The notes beneath the pieces are model-generated. The model was given only the letters and a program-made list of their open reading frames with translations. It was not told where the DNA came from and did no database searches. Below are positions 9,464 through 19,077 of a stretch of 64,000 bases of DNA, piece by piece. How positions within the stretch are numbered: position 1 is the stretch's first letter; every line of letters starts with the position of its first letter. The stretch is from Dehalococcoidia bacterium (lineage in GTDB: Bacteria > Chloroflexota > Dehalococcoidia > Lucifugimonadales > JAGWBF01): the NCBI GenBank assembly GCA_965116325.1, contig OZ220675.1, positions 385,138 to 449,137 of the forward strand. Reading direction: 5' to 3'. The position numbers and the translations under genes are program-made.

Positions 9464-10765
9464 ATGCCGAATCGCACCGATGCTGAGAGGGAGCTGCTGG
9501 AGAAGGCTGCCCAGTATATGCCTGGGGCTTCCACGGGCAACATGAAGGTCGATCCCGAACACCTTTTCCTGATAAAGGAGGGAAGGGGATCGAAGGTCTG
9601 GGATGTCAGCGGCAACGAGTACATAGACTACCTGATGGGTTCTGGCCCGATGGTCCTGGGGCACGCCCACCCATCGGTGGTCGCCGCTGTCAAGGAAGCC
9701 GTGGACCAGGGAAGCACCTTCTTTGCCACCAACGAGCGGGCCGTGCATCTGGCCGAAGCGATCGCTAAGGCCGTCCCCAGCGCAGACAAGGTGCGTTTCA
9801 CCACCAGCGGCACCGACGCCGACTTCCAGGCAATGCGCATCGCCCGGGCCTACCGGAAGCGGGATGTGGTGCTCAAGTTCGAGGGCGGCTACCACGGCAC
9901 CAGCGACTACGCTGTGATGAACGTTACTCCCAGCGGAGCTTCGTTGAAAGACTATCCCACACCTGCTCCCAACACCGCCGGCGTGCCCAAGGCCATCCTG
10001 GAGACCATGCTGATTGCGCCATACAACGACATCGAGACCGCTGCGGCCATCATCGAGCAGAACCATGACGACCTTGCCGCCGTCATTCTCGAGCCCATGC
10101 AGCGCGTGATTGCCCCGAAGCCCGGCTTCCTCCAGGGCCTGCGCGATGTGACCGCCCACTTCGAGATTCCCCTCATATTCGATGAGGTGGTCACCGGCTT
10201 CCGCCTTGCCTACGGGGGCGCCCAGGAGTACTACGGCGTCCAGCCCGACCTGACCACCATGGGCAAGATTGTCGGCGGGGGCTACCCCCTGGGAGCTGTT
10301 GCCGGACGGGAAGAGCTGATGTCGGTTCTCGACCCGCAGCGGGCCGATTCCGACACCTTCGTCTCCCAGGTCGGCACCCTCAACGCCAACCCCGTGGCCT
10401 GCGCTGCGGGGCTTGCCACCCTGAACGAGCTGGCCAAGCCCGGCATATATGACCGGCTCCACGCCATCGGCAAGCAGGTCAGAGATGGAATAGAGCGTGT
10501 CTGCCGAGATGCAGACGTGCCTATGCAGCCGTCGGGTGAGGACCCCATATTCGGGTTCTATTTCACCGACGAGCCCATCGAGAACTACCGCTCGACCCTC
10601 AATGCAGACGCCTCGAAGATGGCGCGGTTCAACATCCTGCTCCTGGACGAAGGCGTGCTGAAGAGCTGGCCAGACAAGTTCTACCCCTCCCTGGCCCACT
10701 CGTCGGAAGATATAGAAGCAACCACTGAAGCCTTTGCCAAGGTGATCGACCAGATCAAGGGCTAA
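9464..10765 (+). CDS. Class-III PLP aminotransferase (glutamate-1-semialdehyde aminomutase-like)
   Basis: Carries DEVVTGFR and TTMGKIVGGGYPLGA (PLP lysine), with a GSA-AT-like overall pattern. Confidence 0.85.
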   Translation: MPNRTDAERELLEKAAQYMPGASTGNMKVDPEHLFLIKEGRGSKVWDVSGNEYIDYLMGSGPMVLGHAHPSVVAAVKEAVDQGSTFFATNERAVHLAEAIAKAVPSADKVRFTTSGTDADFQAMRIARAYRKRDVVLKFEGGYHGTSDYAVMNVTPSGASLKDYPTPAPNTAGVPKAILETMLIAPYNDIETAAAIIEQNHDDLAAVILEPMQRVIAPKPGFLQGLRDVTAHFEIPLIFDEVVTGFRLAYGGAQEYYGVQPDLTTMGKIVGGGYPLGAVAGREELMSVLDPQRADSDTFVSQVGTLNANPVACAAGLATLNELAKPGIYDRLHAIGKQVRDGIERVCRDADVPMQPSGEDPIFGFYFTDEPIENYRSTLNADASKMARFNILLLDEGVLKSWPDKFYPSLAHSSEDIEATTEAFAKVIDQIKG

Positions 10766-10777
10766 CGCCGGGGTGAC

Positions 10778-11818
10778 ATGAAGTATCCTTGGGCCAACGT
10801 GCTCATCCTCTTCCTGGCGGGCGTAGGGGTGGTCACCGGATTTCTGGCCCTTCTTTCCGACGGTCCCCTGACCCTTGTGTCCCTTTGGGTCCACCGGATT
10901 TCAGGCTATGCCCTGATCTTCCTGCTGGCCTGGAAGCTCCAGAACATCCTCCAGCCCCTTCTGGACAAGCATCTCTGGAGCTACACACCCCTCCTGCACC
11001 TTGCGTCCATCGGGCTGCTGCTCCTGCTGTTCACGGCGTTGGCCCTCGGGGCTGTCTGGAGCACGGCGGGATATTTCACCTACTGGGGGATCAGCGGTGT
11101 CAGCTGGCACATTTACGTGGCCCTGCTTCTGCTTCCCCTTCTGCTGGTCCACCTACGGAGGCACCGGCGGATGCTGCGCCCCCGATACTGGGCAGACCGG
11201 CGCACTCTGCTGCGGACGGCGGGGCTGGCAGTGGCGGGATTCGTCTTGTGGCGGGCCGTAGAGGTCATGGCCGACGGCCTGGACCTTCCAGGGCAAGACC
11301 GGAGGTTCACAGGCTCCTACGAGCGAGGCAGCTTCTCCGGGAATGACTTTCCATCCACCTCATGGTTGAACGACAAGACTCCCAAGGTCGACTCGAGCCA
11401 GTGGCAGCTCCAGATAAAGGGCAGGGTTGCACGACCCGTGACGTTCTCTTACGACGAGCTGATGGAGATGGACTCCTGTATGGAAGCCACCCTGGACTGC
11501 ACAGGCGGGTGGTACTCGACCCAAGAGTGGCAGGGAGCATCGCTCAAGGGCATCCTGGAAAAGGCTGAGCCAACGTCCGATGCAGCCAGCATCACAGTCC
11601 GCTCGCTGACAGGATACTACCGCCGGTTCTCCCTGGGAGAGGCCGAAGACTACCTGCTGGCAGTGCGCGTCGGGGGAGAGGTGCTGGAGCCACGGCACGG
11701 CTTCCCCGCCAGGCTGGTTTCGCCGGGCAAGAGGGGGTACGACTGGGTGAAGTGGGTGGACTACATCGAGGTCAACAACACCAGCAAGTGGTGGCAGCCT
11801 CCCCTGCCCGTAACGTAA
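10778..11818 (+). CDS. Membrane-anchored molybdopterin-dependent oxidoreductase (sulfite-oxidase/YedY-fold domain fused to a 5-TM His-rich domain)
   Basis: The N-terminal part has about 5 hydrophobic helices with conserved-looking His. The C-terminal part (FPSTSWLND...[11 protein letters not shown]...[21 protein letters not shown]) matches the Mo-binding domain. Confidence 0.75.
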   Translation: MKYPWANVLILFLAGVGVVTGFLALLSDGPLTLVSLWVHRISGYALIFLLAWKLQNILQPLLDKHLWSYTPLLHLASIGLLLLLFTALALGAVWSTAGYFTYWGISGVSWHIYVALLLLPLLLVHLRRHRRMLRPRYWADRRTLLRTAGLAVAGFVLWRAVEVMADGLDLPGQDRRFTGSYERGSFSGNDFPSTSWLNDKTPKVDSSQWQLQIKGRVARPVTFSYDELMEMDSCMEATLDCTGGWYSTQEWQGASLKGILEKAEPTSDAASITVRSLTGYYRRFSLGEAEDYLLAVRVGGEVLEPRHGFPARLVSPGKRGYDWVKWVDYIEVNNTSKWWQPPLPVT

Positions 11819-11912
11819 ACATCAACGGGCGTGGGCCAAACCAGTCCGGGGCAAACACGCCGTCGCGCTATCCTATAACGTCCCACACAGCGAGAAACGA
11901 AGGGAGAGCAAC

Positions 11913-12284
11913 ATGGAACTAGGCGCCTTTTCCATTAGCCTTGCCGTGGAAGACCTGGAAGCGTCCAGGGCCTTCTACGAGAAGTTCGGGTTCGAAGTGG
12001 TCGGAGGCGATGCCTCGGAAAGCTGGCTGATCCTGCGCAACGGCTATTGCACACTGGGACTGTTCCAGGGGATGTTCGACAAGAACATCATCACCTTCAA
12101 CCCAGGCTGGGACGACAAGGCGCAGCCCGTGGGGGATTTCACGGATGTGCGTGACCTGCAGCGTGAGCTAAAGAGTAAGGGTGTGAGCTTCCTCACCGAG
12201 GCTGACGAGGGAGGCACAGGCCCCGCCAGCTTCGTCGTCCTGGACCCCGACGGCAACCCCATCTTGGTCGATCAGCACGTGTGA
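11913..12284 (+). CDS. VOC/glyoxalase family protein
   Basis: 123 aa, with [20 protein letters not shown] ... [10 protein letters not shown] typical of the glyoxalase fold. Confidence 0.8.
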   Translation: MELGAFSISLAVEDLEASRAFYEKFGFEVVGGDASESWLILRNGYCTLGLFQGMFDKNIITFNPGWDDKAQPVGDFTDVRDLQRELKSKGVSFLTEADEGGTGPASFVVLDPDGNPILVDQHV

Positions 12285-12342
12285 TCCTGTCTGTGGAAAC
12301 GCTGATGTTGTGCGAAGGCGTCTCCGAGCAGAGGCAACAGGA

Positions 12343-13227
12343 CTACGCGGGGACCGCCTTTGACACCAGGTCGCCGGTGGGGATGATGTGCTTCTGCAGC
12401 CCCAGCTCGTCCGGGTCAAGACCCATCGCCAGCCCCATTAGCTGGGGTAAATGCAGTATGGGCAAGTTGGTCTTCCTCTGGGACTGAGCCATGGCCTTGG
12501 GCTGGTAGCCGTCCAGGTTAAGGTGGCAGAGGGGGCATGGCGTAACCATCGCGTCGGCGCCCATGTCCGCTGCCTCGGAGGTGTGTTTGCCTACCATGGC
12601 CACCGAGTTAGCCTCGTTGATGGTCAGGATGGGAAACCCGCAGCACCTGCTCTTGCCCGAGAAGTCCACAACCTCGCCGCCGATGGCCTCGATCAGCTCT
12701 TCCAAGGAGGTCTCCCTGCCGGGATGGTCCTTGAATCCGAGGGCGTTGCTGGGGCGCAGGATGTAGCAGCCGTAGAAGGGGGCCACCTTGAGATGGGTCA
12801 GGGGGTTCCTGACGTAGGTCTTGAGGGTCTCAACCCCGATATCCTCGATGATGATCCAGAGAAGGTGCTTTACCACCGTGGTGCCCTTGTACTCCAGGTA
12901 TTCCTCGGCCAGTTCGGCGTTGACCTTGGCCAGATAGTCGGGGTCGTCGGTTAGCCTCTTGTTTGCTTGGGACATCACGCCCTGGCAAGTGCTGCAGATG
13001 GTCATGATAGGCAGGCCCATCCACTCTGCCATGGCGAAGGTGCGAGCGTTCAAGACATCGCCCAGGAACTGGTTCTTTTCCTGGAGCACACCGGCTCCGG
13101 TGCAGGATGCTCCAACCATCTCGTCCAGCTCGATTCCCAGGCGACGGCAGACCTGCATCGCGGCAGGGTACAGCTCGGGGCAGCCACCCCGGGATACGCA
13201 GCCTGGGAAAAACGCATACTTTGGCAT
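12343..13227 (-). CDS. HdrB-like CCG-domain subunit (SdhE-type subunit of a non-classical succinate dehydrogenase/fumarate reductase)
   Basis: Carries MPKYAFFPGC.., two Cys-rich CCG-type motifs (..CTGAG.., CCGFP..) and PCPLCHLNLD. It lies directly downstream of sdhB. Confidence 0.8.
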   Translation of the reverse strand: MPKYAFFPGCVSRGGCPELYPAAMQVCRRLGIELDEMVGASCTGAGVLQEKNQFLGDVLNARTFAMAEWMGLPIMTICSTCQGVMSQANKRLTDDPDYLAKVNAELAEEYLEYKGTTVVKHLLWIIIEDIGVETLKTYVRNPLTHLKVAPFYGCYILRPSNALGFKDHPGRETSLEELIEAIGGEVVDFSGKSRCCGFPILTINEANSVAMVGKHTSEAADMGADAMVTPCPLCHLNLDGYQPKAMAQSQRKTNLPILHLPQLMGLAMGLDPDELGLQKHIIPTGDLVSKAVPA

Positions 13228-13266
13228 TTACCTTCTACCTCAAGTAACTCAGGTTTGGAAACAGAT

Positions 13267-14223
13267 CTATTTCTTCGGTTCCAGCTTGCGGAATATTCGC
13301 CGGACGTTCTCCACGTTGGGCACCATCTTGTGGAAGATGGGGGGCATCTTGCCCCGCACGAGGGCACGCAAGCCGACGGGCGCAAAGCTCTGCATAGCGC
13401 GGATGTTGAACATCCCTACCGTCTTTACCGGCAGCTTCAGCTCATCCAGCCGTCCGCTATGGGAAACCAGCTCGACGAAGGCGTCGGTGTGGCGGGCCCC
13501 AATCTCCTTGTCGAACCCTGCGTTCATGGCCCGGTCCCGCATCGCCATGATGCGGTCCATAGGCGCCACTCCCTTGGGGCACACCTGGACGCACTCCATG
13601 CAGCGGGTGCAGTCCCATATGCCGGAGTACTGGCGCAGGCTGTCCAGCCGTGACTTCTCCTCGGCATCCCGGGGATCTGCCACGAATCGGTAAGCCTTGG
13701 CCAGGGCGGCAGGCCCCAGGAAGTTCGAGTCCACTTCGAGCACCGTGCAGTCGGAGACGCAGGCGCCGCACAGAATGCAGCCCATGACTCCGGCCAGGTG
13801 CAGCATGTCTTCATTGGGGGCCAGGTACTCGCCCTCGGGCTCGGGACCCTCTGGCTGAAGCCACGGGTCGACGGCCTTCACCTTATCCCAGAACGGAGTC
13901 ATGTCAACTACAAGGTCCTTCACCACTTCCATGTTGCCCATGGGTTCAACCGTGACGCTCCCGCCGTTGGGGGCGATCTCGATCACCCTGGTCTTGCAAG
14001 CAAGCTGGGCATGGCCATTGACTCTCATGGAACAGGAACCGCAGATGGCGCTTCTGCAGGAGCACCGCAGAGAGAGGGTGCCGTCGATGTCTTCCCTGAT
14101 GTTGATAAGGGTATCCAGGACGGTGGTGTACTCATCCACCTCAACCTTGTACTCCGACCAGTAGGAGGCAGGTTCTTCGGCTTCCGGATCGTATCGTCGT
14201 ACCTTTACGGCCAGCTCCATCAA
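13267..14223 (-). CDS. sdhB: Succinate dehydrogenase/fumarate reductase iron-sulfur subunit with C-terminal extension
   Basis: Carries a 2Fe-2S motif ([14 protein letters not shown]), 4Fe-4S motifs ([23 protein letters not shown]) and an ATGA overlap with sdhA. Confidence 0.9.
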   Translation of the reverse strand: MMELAVKVRRYDPEAEEPASYWSEYKVEVDEYTTVLDTLINIREDIDGTLSLRCSCRSAICGSCSMRVNGHAQLACKTRVIEIAPNGGSVTVEPMGNMEVVKDLVVDMTPFWDKVKAVDPWLQPEGPEPEGEYLAPNEDMLHLAGVMGCILCGACVSDCTVLEVDSNFLGPAALAKAYRFVADPRDAEEKSRLDSLRQYSGIWDCTRCMECVQVCPKGVAPMDRIMAMRDRAMNAGFDKEIGARHTDAFVELVSHSGRLDELKLPVKTVGMFNIRAMQSFAPVGLRALVRGKMPPIFHKMVPNVENVRRIFRKLEPKK

Positions 14224-15899
14224 TATTTCCTTTCCTCAGGCGTCCACTGGGTGATCACCACCGGGCTGTAGGAGATTTCCGGGCCTGCGGGAGTCGATGT
14301 TACCAGGATGTGCTTGAGCCAGTCGGCATCGTTCCTCTCAGCGAAGTCCGTGCGGGAGTGAGCCCCCCTGCTCTCTTTTCGTTCCAGGGCGCTGACGGCA
14401 ATAGCTTCTGCGCAGTCCAGCATCAGGCCCAGCTCAAGGTCAAACACCATGTCGGTGTTGAAGGTGCGCCCCTTGTCTTCCACAGGTACGGTCGCGTACC
14501 TGTCTTTGAGCTGCTGTATGGTGTCCAGGGCTTCCTTCATGCCGTTCTCATCCCGGTACACACCCAGGTGGTCATTCATGGTAGTGCCCATATCCAGGCG
14601 GATCTTGGCGACACGGTCGCCGTTAGCATCCCTTGACATCATCTCCGCCAGGCGCTTCTCTTCCTGTTCCACCAGTCCCTCGACATCCAAGGCCTCATGC
14701 TCTGCGCCGCGGTATGTCTCGGCGGCATGGTTTCCGGCACGGTGTCCAAACACCACGGTGTCCAGCAGCGAGTTGGCGCCCAGGCGATTACCCCCGTGAA
14801 CGCTGACACAGGCGCATTCGCCGGCAGCATAGATACCGGGGACGCTGGTTAGGCCGTCAACGTCGGTCTTGATCCCGCCCATCTGGTAGTGCATTCCCGG
14901 CTGAACAGGAATGGGCTCCTGGGTTATGTCAATTCCCAACAGATCCAAGCCTATGTCGTAAATCTGGGAGAGTTTCTCCTTGATGAGCTTCTCTCCCAGG
15001 TGCCGGCAGTCCAGCAGCACGGAGCCGTTGACGCCGTTGCCCTCGGCAATCTCTATGGTTTCGGAGCGGGACACTACGTCCCTGGATGCCAGCTCCATCA
15101 TGTTGGGAGCGTACCTCTCCATGAACCGCTCACCGTCCTTGTTGAGCAGGTAAGCTCCCTCACCCCGCGCTCCTTCGGTGATGAGCACTCCGCTGCCCTT
15201 GAGCGTTGTCGGGTGATACTGGACCATCTCCATGTCCATGAGGGGCACCCCGGCCCTGTAAGCCAGGGCTATGCCATCGCCGGTGACGATCAGCGCATTG
15301 GTGCTGGGTTCGAACACGCGGCCCAGCCCTCCAGTGCACAGGATCACGCTCTTGGCCTTGATCAGGTACACCCGGCCGGTGCGGATTTCCATGGCCAGGA
15401 CCCCGCAGCACTTGCCCTCCTGCATGACCAGGGAGGTTACGAACCACTCTTCGTAGCTGGTGACGTCCGACTTGAGAAGCTGCTCGTAGAGCACATGAAG
15501 GATTGCCTGGCCGGTAAAGTCGGCCACGAAGAAGGTGCGCGCCCGCCTTTGGCCCCCGAAGGCTCTGGTGCCCAGGCGTCCCTCATCATCCCTGTTGAAA
15601 ATCACGCCCATGTGCTCGAGGGCTATAAGCTCCTCGCCCGCAACCTGGCACATCAGCTCGATGGAGTCCTGGTCTCCCAGGTAGTCGCTGCCCTTTACTG
15701 TGTCGTAGGCGTGCTCTTCCCAAGCGTCGCCGCGGTCCACCAGGGCTGCGTTTATGCCGCCCTGGGCGGCATTAGAGTGGCTGCGCACGGGATACACCTT
15801 GCTGATGATCCCCGTGTTGGCTCCCATCTGCTGGGCAGCCAGGGCCGCTCTCATTCCTGCCAGGCCGGCGCCCACTACCAGCACATCATGCTCAAGCAT
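14220..15899 (-). CDS. sdhA: Succinate dehydrogenase/fumarate reductase flavoprotein subunit
   Basis: Carries the [12 protein letters not shown] dinucleotide fold, [13 protein letters not shown] (FAD histidine), HPT..., and RGEGAYL. Confidence 0.95.
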   Translation of the reverse strand: MLEHDVLVVGAGLAGMRAALAAQQMGANTGIISKVYPVRSHSNAAQGGINAALVDRGDAWEEHAYDTVKGSDYLGDQDSIELMCQVAGEELIALEHMGVIFNRDDEGRLGTRAFGGQRRARTFFVADFTGQAILHVLYEQLLKSDVTSYEEWFVTSLVMQEGKCCGVLAMEIRTGRVYLIKAKSVILCTGGLGRVFEPSTNALIVTGDGIALAYRAGVPLMDMEMVQYHPTTLKGSGVLITEGARGEGAYLLNKDGERFMERYAPNMMELASRDVVSRSETIEIAEGNGVNGSVLLDCRHLGEKLIKEKLSQIYDIGLDLLGIDITQEPIPVQPGMHYQMGGIKTDVDGLTSVPGIYAAGECACVSVHGGNRLGANSLLDTVVFGHRAGNHAAETYRGAEHEALDVEGLVEQEEKRLAEMMSRDANGDRVAKIRLDMGTTMNDHLGVYRDENGMKEALDTIQQLKDRYATVPVEDKGRTFNTDMVFDLELGLMLDCAEAIAVSALERKESRGAHSRTDFAERNDADWLKHILVTSTPAGPEISYSPVVITQWTPEERKY

Positions 15900-15979
15900 A
15901 CTCTATCGGTCCTACCTTACTGCTTTGTTGATAAGCACCCGGGAGGCCAACTCCCTTTGTCTTTAGAGGCCGCTGCGGG

Positions 15980-16528
15980 TCAGCCCGCATCACGCAAATG
16001 CATCGCCATCATCAGCGCAGCGATGCTCTTCGCATCCTTGATGGTACCTTCTTTGATCAGCCCTGGCACCTTGGCCAAAGCTACGTGTTCGACCCGGATA
16101 TCTTCATCCTCGTCCGCCGGAAGGGAGCTGGGGAATAGGCCGGTCGCCGTATAGGCGTGCATCAGCTCCGTGCTGAAGCCTGGGCTGATCCAGAACCTGG
16201 ACAGCAACTCCAGATGGGTTGCCGAGTACCCAGTCTCTTCCTGGAGCTCCCTCAGGACCGTCTCCTCGGAGAGCTCCCCATCCTCCACATTTCCCGCGGG
16301 AATCTCCAGCAGTACCTGTTCTACCGCTTTGCGGTACTGGCGCACCATGACAATATTCCGTTCGTCTTCATAGGGAACGATGCACACGCAGGGGCGATGC
16401 TCTACGATCTCTCGGACGCTCTGACCGCCCCGCCCAAGGCTGACGTCATCTACCCGTACGTTGAATATCCTTCCCTGGAAGGCCATGCGGCTGGTCAAGG
16501 TGAGCTCGGGCTGGAGTTCGGACGTCAT
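15980..16528 (-). CDS. NUDIX hydrolase (ADP-ribose pyrophosphatase-like)
   Basis: Carries the Nudix box GNVEDGELSEETVLRELQEETGY. Confidence 0.85.
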   Translation of the reverse strand: MTSELQPELTLTSRMAFQGRIFNVRVDDVSLGRGGQSVREIVEHRPCVCIVPYEDERNIVMVRQYRKAVEQVLLEIPAGNVEDGELSEETVLRELQEETGYSATHLELLSRFWISPGFSTELMHAYTATGLFPSSLPADEDEDIRVEHVALAKVPGLIKEGTIKDAKSIAALMMAMHLRDAG

Positions 16529-16533
16529 CGTAC

Positions 16534-17427
16534 CTAGTACTGGATAGCCCTTGTGGTGCTTGCGCCTTCGCCGAAACCCAGCCGTTGGGTCAGGGTTTCA
16601 AAGAAGTGAATCGGCGGATTAGCCCGGAGAAACAGGGCTGCCCGGGAGCTTGCTTGTACCTCTACGGAAGCTCCTGCTGGAAGGTCGGCGTCTACGTAGC
16701 CGTCCACGCTCAGCGTGGCGCTGTGGTCGGTCTGGACGACCAGGTCGATGGTGGAGGACGCTGGCAGCACCATGGCCGATGCCATTCCGACGTGGGGCGC
16801 TATGGGCTTCAGGACCATCTCGTCAGCGAGGGGCCACAGGATCGGACCGCCTACCGAAAGGTTGTATCCTGTGCTTCCCGTCGCTGTGGAGACGATCACC
16901 GCATCTGCACGGAACTCGGTAATGAAGGCGCTGTTAATGTAGGTGGCGATGGAAACGAGCCGGGACACGGCTCCTCGCCCGACGACCACATCGTTCAAGG
17001 CATGACATTTTTGCTGTCCTGCCATCGAAAGATAGTTGCTGCCTCCCCTACCATCGGACAGGGTACGCACCTGCAGCATGCACCTTTCTTCCACCCGCAT
17101 GTCCCCTTCGAGAAACTGGGGTACCTTATCGAAAGCTTCGTGGGCTTCGATCTCCGTCATAAAGCCCAACCTGCCCATGTTGATACCCAGTATGGGGATT
17201 CGGTTGGGAACGGCCACCCTGGCGGCGCGGATTATGGTGCCATCTCCGCCTATGGTGATAATGAGGTCAGTTTCTTCGGCACTCGTCAGGTCTTCGTCGG
17301 CCTCAGTTGCGGCACACTGCCAGGACCTGTCGCCAAGGTCCAAGCGTTCGACCAGGGCGTTTGCCATTTCGCGGGCTTCTGATATGCGGTCGTTGTAGAT
17401 GAAACCGATGGTCTGAAGAGAGGCCAT
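16534..17427 (-). CDS. nadK: NAD kinase
   Basis: Carries the GGDGT motif (ITIGGDGTIIRAAR) and the NadK-type C-terminal domain (STGSTGYNLS). Confidence 0.9.
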   Translation of the reverse strand: MASLQTIGFIYNDRISEAREMANALVERLDLGDRSWQCAATEADEDLTSAEETDLIITIGGDGTIIRAARVAVPNRIPILGINMGRLGFMTEIEAHEAFDKVPQFLEGDMRVEERCMLQVRTLSDGRGGSNYLSMAGQQKCHALNDVVVGRGAVSRLVSIATYINSAFITEFRADAVIVSTATGSTGYNLSVGGPILWPLADEMVLKPIAPHVGMASAMVLPASSTIDLVVQTDHSATLSVDGYVDADLPAGASVEVQASSRAALFLRANPPIHFFETLTQRLGFGEGASTTRAIQY

Positions 17428-17483
17428 TTACCGCTTCCGGGGGAGCGATTTCCCCAGGGCAATGCTAGCTAATTGACTACGGA

Positions 17484-17512
17484 AGTCTAGCATTGGCCTA
17501 CGTAAGTGTCAA
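17484..17512 (-). promoter_or_regulatory. Sigma70-like promoter for nadK and the NUDIX gene
   Basis: On the reverse strand, TTGACA (17507-17512), a 17-nt spacer and TAGACT (17484-17489), about 55 nt upstream of the nadK ATG. Confidence 0.4.
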
Positions 17513-17553
17513 TAAAGTTTGACCCTCTCAGGCGCTCCATAGTCCCTGGCCGA

Positions 17554-19077
17554 TCAGCCAATTGGGAGAAGCCCGACATACTCAACCACCGCGGTGCCGA
17601 GGGTCTCAGAAGACAGTTCAACCAGCCTCAGAAGCGGTCCCGGCAGAAAGCCGAAGACCAGCACACCCAAGGCGGACACCCCCAAGGCCAGCTTCAGGGA
17701 CGGGGATGTGGGCACGCCTTCTTCGGACGTAGGCGGGTCCAGGTACATGGTCCTTACGACCCTCAGATAGTAGTAGGCCGAAACTACTGTGTTGGCTACC
17801 CCCACCACCACCAACCAGAGCAGCCCACTCTCCAGGGCCGAGCCGAAGATGTAAAGCTTGGCAATGAATATGCCAGTCGGTGGCACGCCAATTAGGGCAA
17901 CCAGGGACAACGCCAGCGCAAAGGCCAGCACAGGAGCCCTGCGGCTGATCCCGCCAAAGTCCGAAATCTGATCGCTGCCGACCTTGTTGGCAATGGCCAT
18001 AACGGCGAAGAAGGCAGCGAGGTTGGTTGCAGCATAGGCGCCCAGATAGTAGAGCACGCTGCTCGGGCCGGAGGTATCGCCATCAGCCGTAGTAGGTGCG
18101 ATGGCCGCCAAACCCACCAGCAAGTATCCTGCATGGGCAATAGTGCTGTAGGCCAGCAGCCTCTTTACGCTGCTCTGCGCAATGGCCACAAGGTTGCCTA
18201 TCGTCATGGATGCGGTGGCCATGGCGGCCAAGAGCAACTGCCAGTCAAGCTGGAACACCTCGAAACCGACGTAGAGCACCCTTAAGAGCACCGCAAAACC
18301 GGCGGCCTTGCTGGCCACGGACAGATAGGCCGTCACTGGGGTTGGAGCGCCCTCGTACACATCGGGTACCCACATGTGGAAGGGCGCCGCCGATATCTTG
18401 AAGCCCAAGCCGGCGATGATCAGCACTACTCCCAGCAGGAGGGCCGAACTGCCTCCGAATATCTGCCCAGGCTCCGTCAGGGAGGTAGCCTGGCGGGCGA
18501 TCTCACCCAGGAAGGTGGTCCCTGTGTACCCGTACACCAGGGCGATGCCGTACAGGAGCAGGGCGGAGCTAGTGGCGCTCAGGACAAGGAACTTGAGCCC
18601 CGATTCGCTGGAGCGGGATGTCTTGAGAAAGGCCGCAAGGGCTATCAGGGGAAGGGTAGTCAGCTCCAGGGCTACGTAGATCGTTATGAGTTCTTCAGTA
18701 GCCGCCAGAAGCATCATCCCCGTGGCGGAGAACAGCAGCAGGCCGTAGTACTCACCCCGGTGTTCCCTCATGTACCTGGCATAGTCCGACGACGCCAGCA
18801 CCACCAGGGCGGCCACACCCAGCACAAGGAACTTGAAGAACAGGGCGAACCGGTCCACGACCAGGGTGCCAAATATGCCCACCAGCCTGTTGTCGGGCTG
18901 GTCGGCAACATCCATCCACAACCAGAGGCTCAGGCCCAACGGGAGCATAAGGCCGACTGCGGCGATTATCCCTAGGAGGCCCTTCTGCTTCACGAAAAGG
19001 TCAAGAGCGATAACCAGCAGGGCCAAGCCAACGAGAGCTATCTCCGGTGAAAGAAGGCGGACATCTTCGGTGGTCAT
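17554..19077 (-). CDS. nuoN: NADH-quinone oxidoreductase subunit N
   Basis: A polytopic antiporter-like protein with the NuoN pattern. It is the last gene of the nuo operon and overlaps nuoM by 4 nt. Confidence 0.93.
   Translation of the reverse strand: MTTEDVRLLSPEIALVGLALLVIALDLFVKQKGLLGIIAAVGLMLPLGLSLWLWMDVADQPDNRLVGIFGTLVVDRFALFFKFLVLGVAALVVLASSDYARYMREHRGEYYGLLLFSATGMMLLAATEELITIYVALELTTLPLIALAAFLKTSRSSESGLKFLVLSATSSALLLYGIALVYGYTGTTFLGEIARQATSLTEPGQIFGGSSALLLGVVLIIAGLGFKISAAPFHMWVPDVYEGAPTPVTAYLSVASKAAGFAVLLRVLYVGFEVFQLDWQLLLAAMATASMTIGNLVAIAQSSVKRLLAYSTIAHAGYLLVGLAAIAPTTADGDTSGPSSVLYYLGAYAATNLAAFFAVMAIANKVGSDQISDFGGISRRAPVLAFALALSLVALIGVPPTGIFIAKLYIFGSALESGLLWLVVVGVANTVVSAYYYLRVVRTMYLDPPTSEEGVPTSPSLKLALGVSALGVLVFGFLPGPLLRLVELSSETLGTAVVEYVGLLPIG

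Noticed and set aside
9428-10894. 488-aa minus-strand ORF
   Set aside because: It is antisense to the class-III aminotransferase (clear PLP-lysine motif on the plus strand). The composition is Gly/Val/His/Asp-rich and typical of GC-rich shadow frames. The same reasoning applies to 517-1446(-), 7607-8473(-), 14889-16154(+), 19047-19997(+), 20741-21772(+), 23463-24611(+), 32655-33662(-), 45422-46204(+), 53636-54313(-) and 57389-58015(-).
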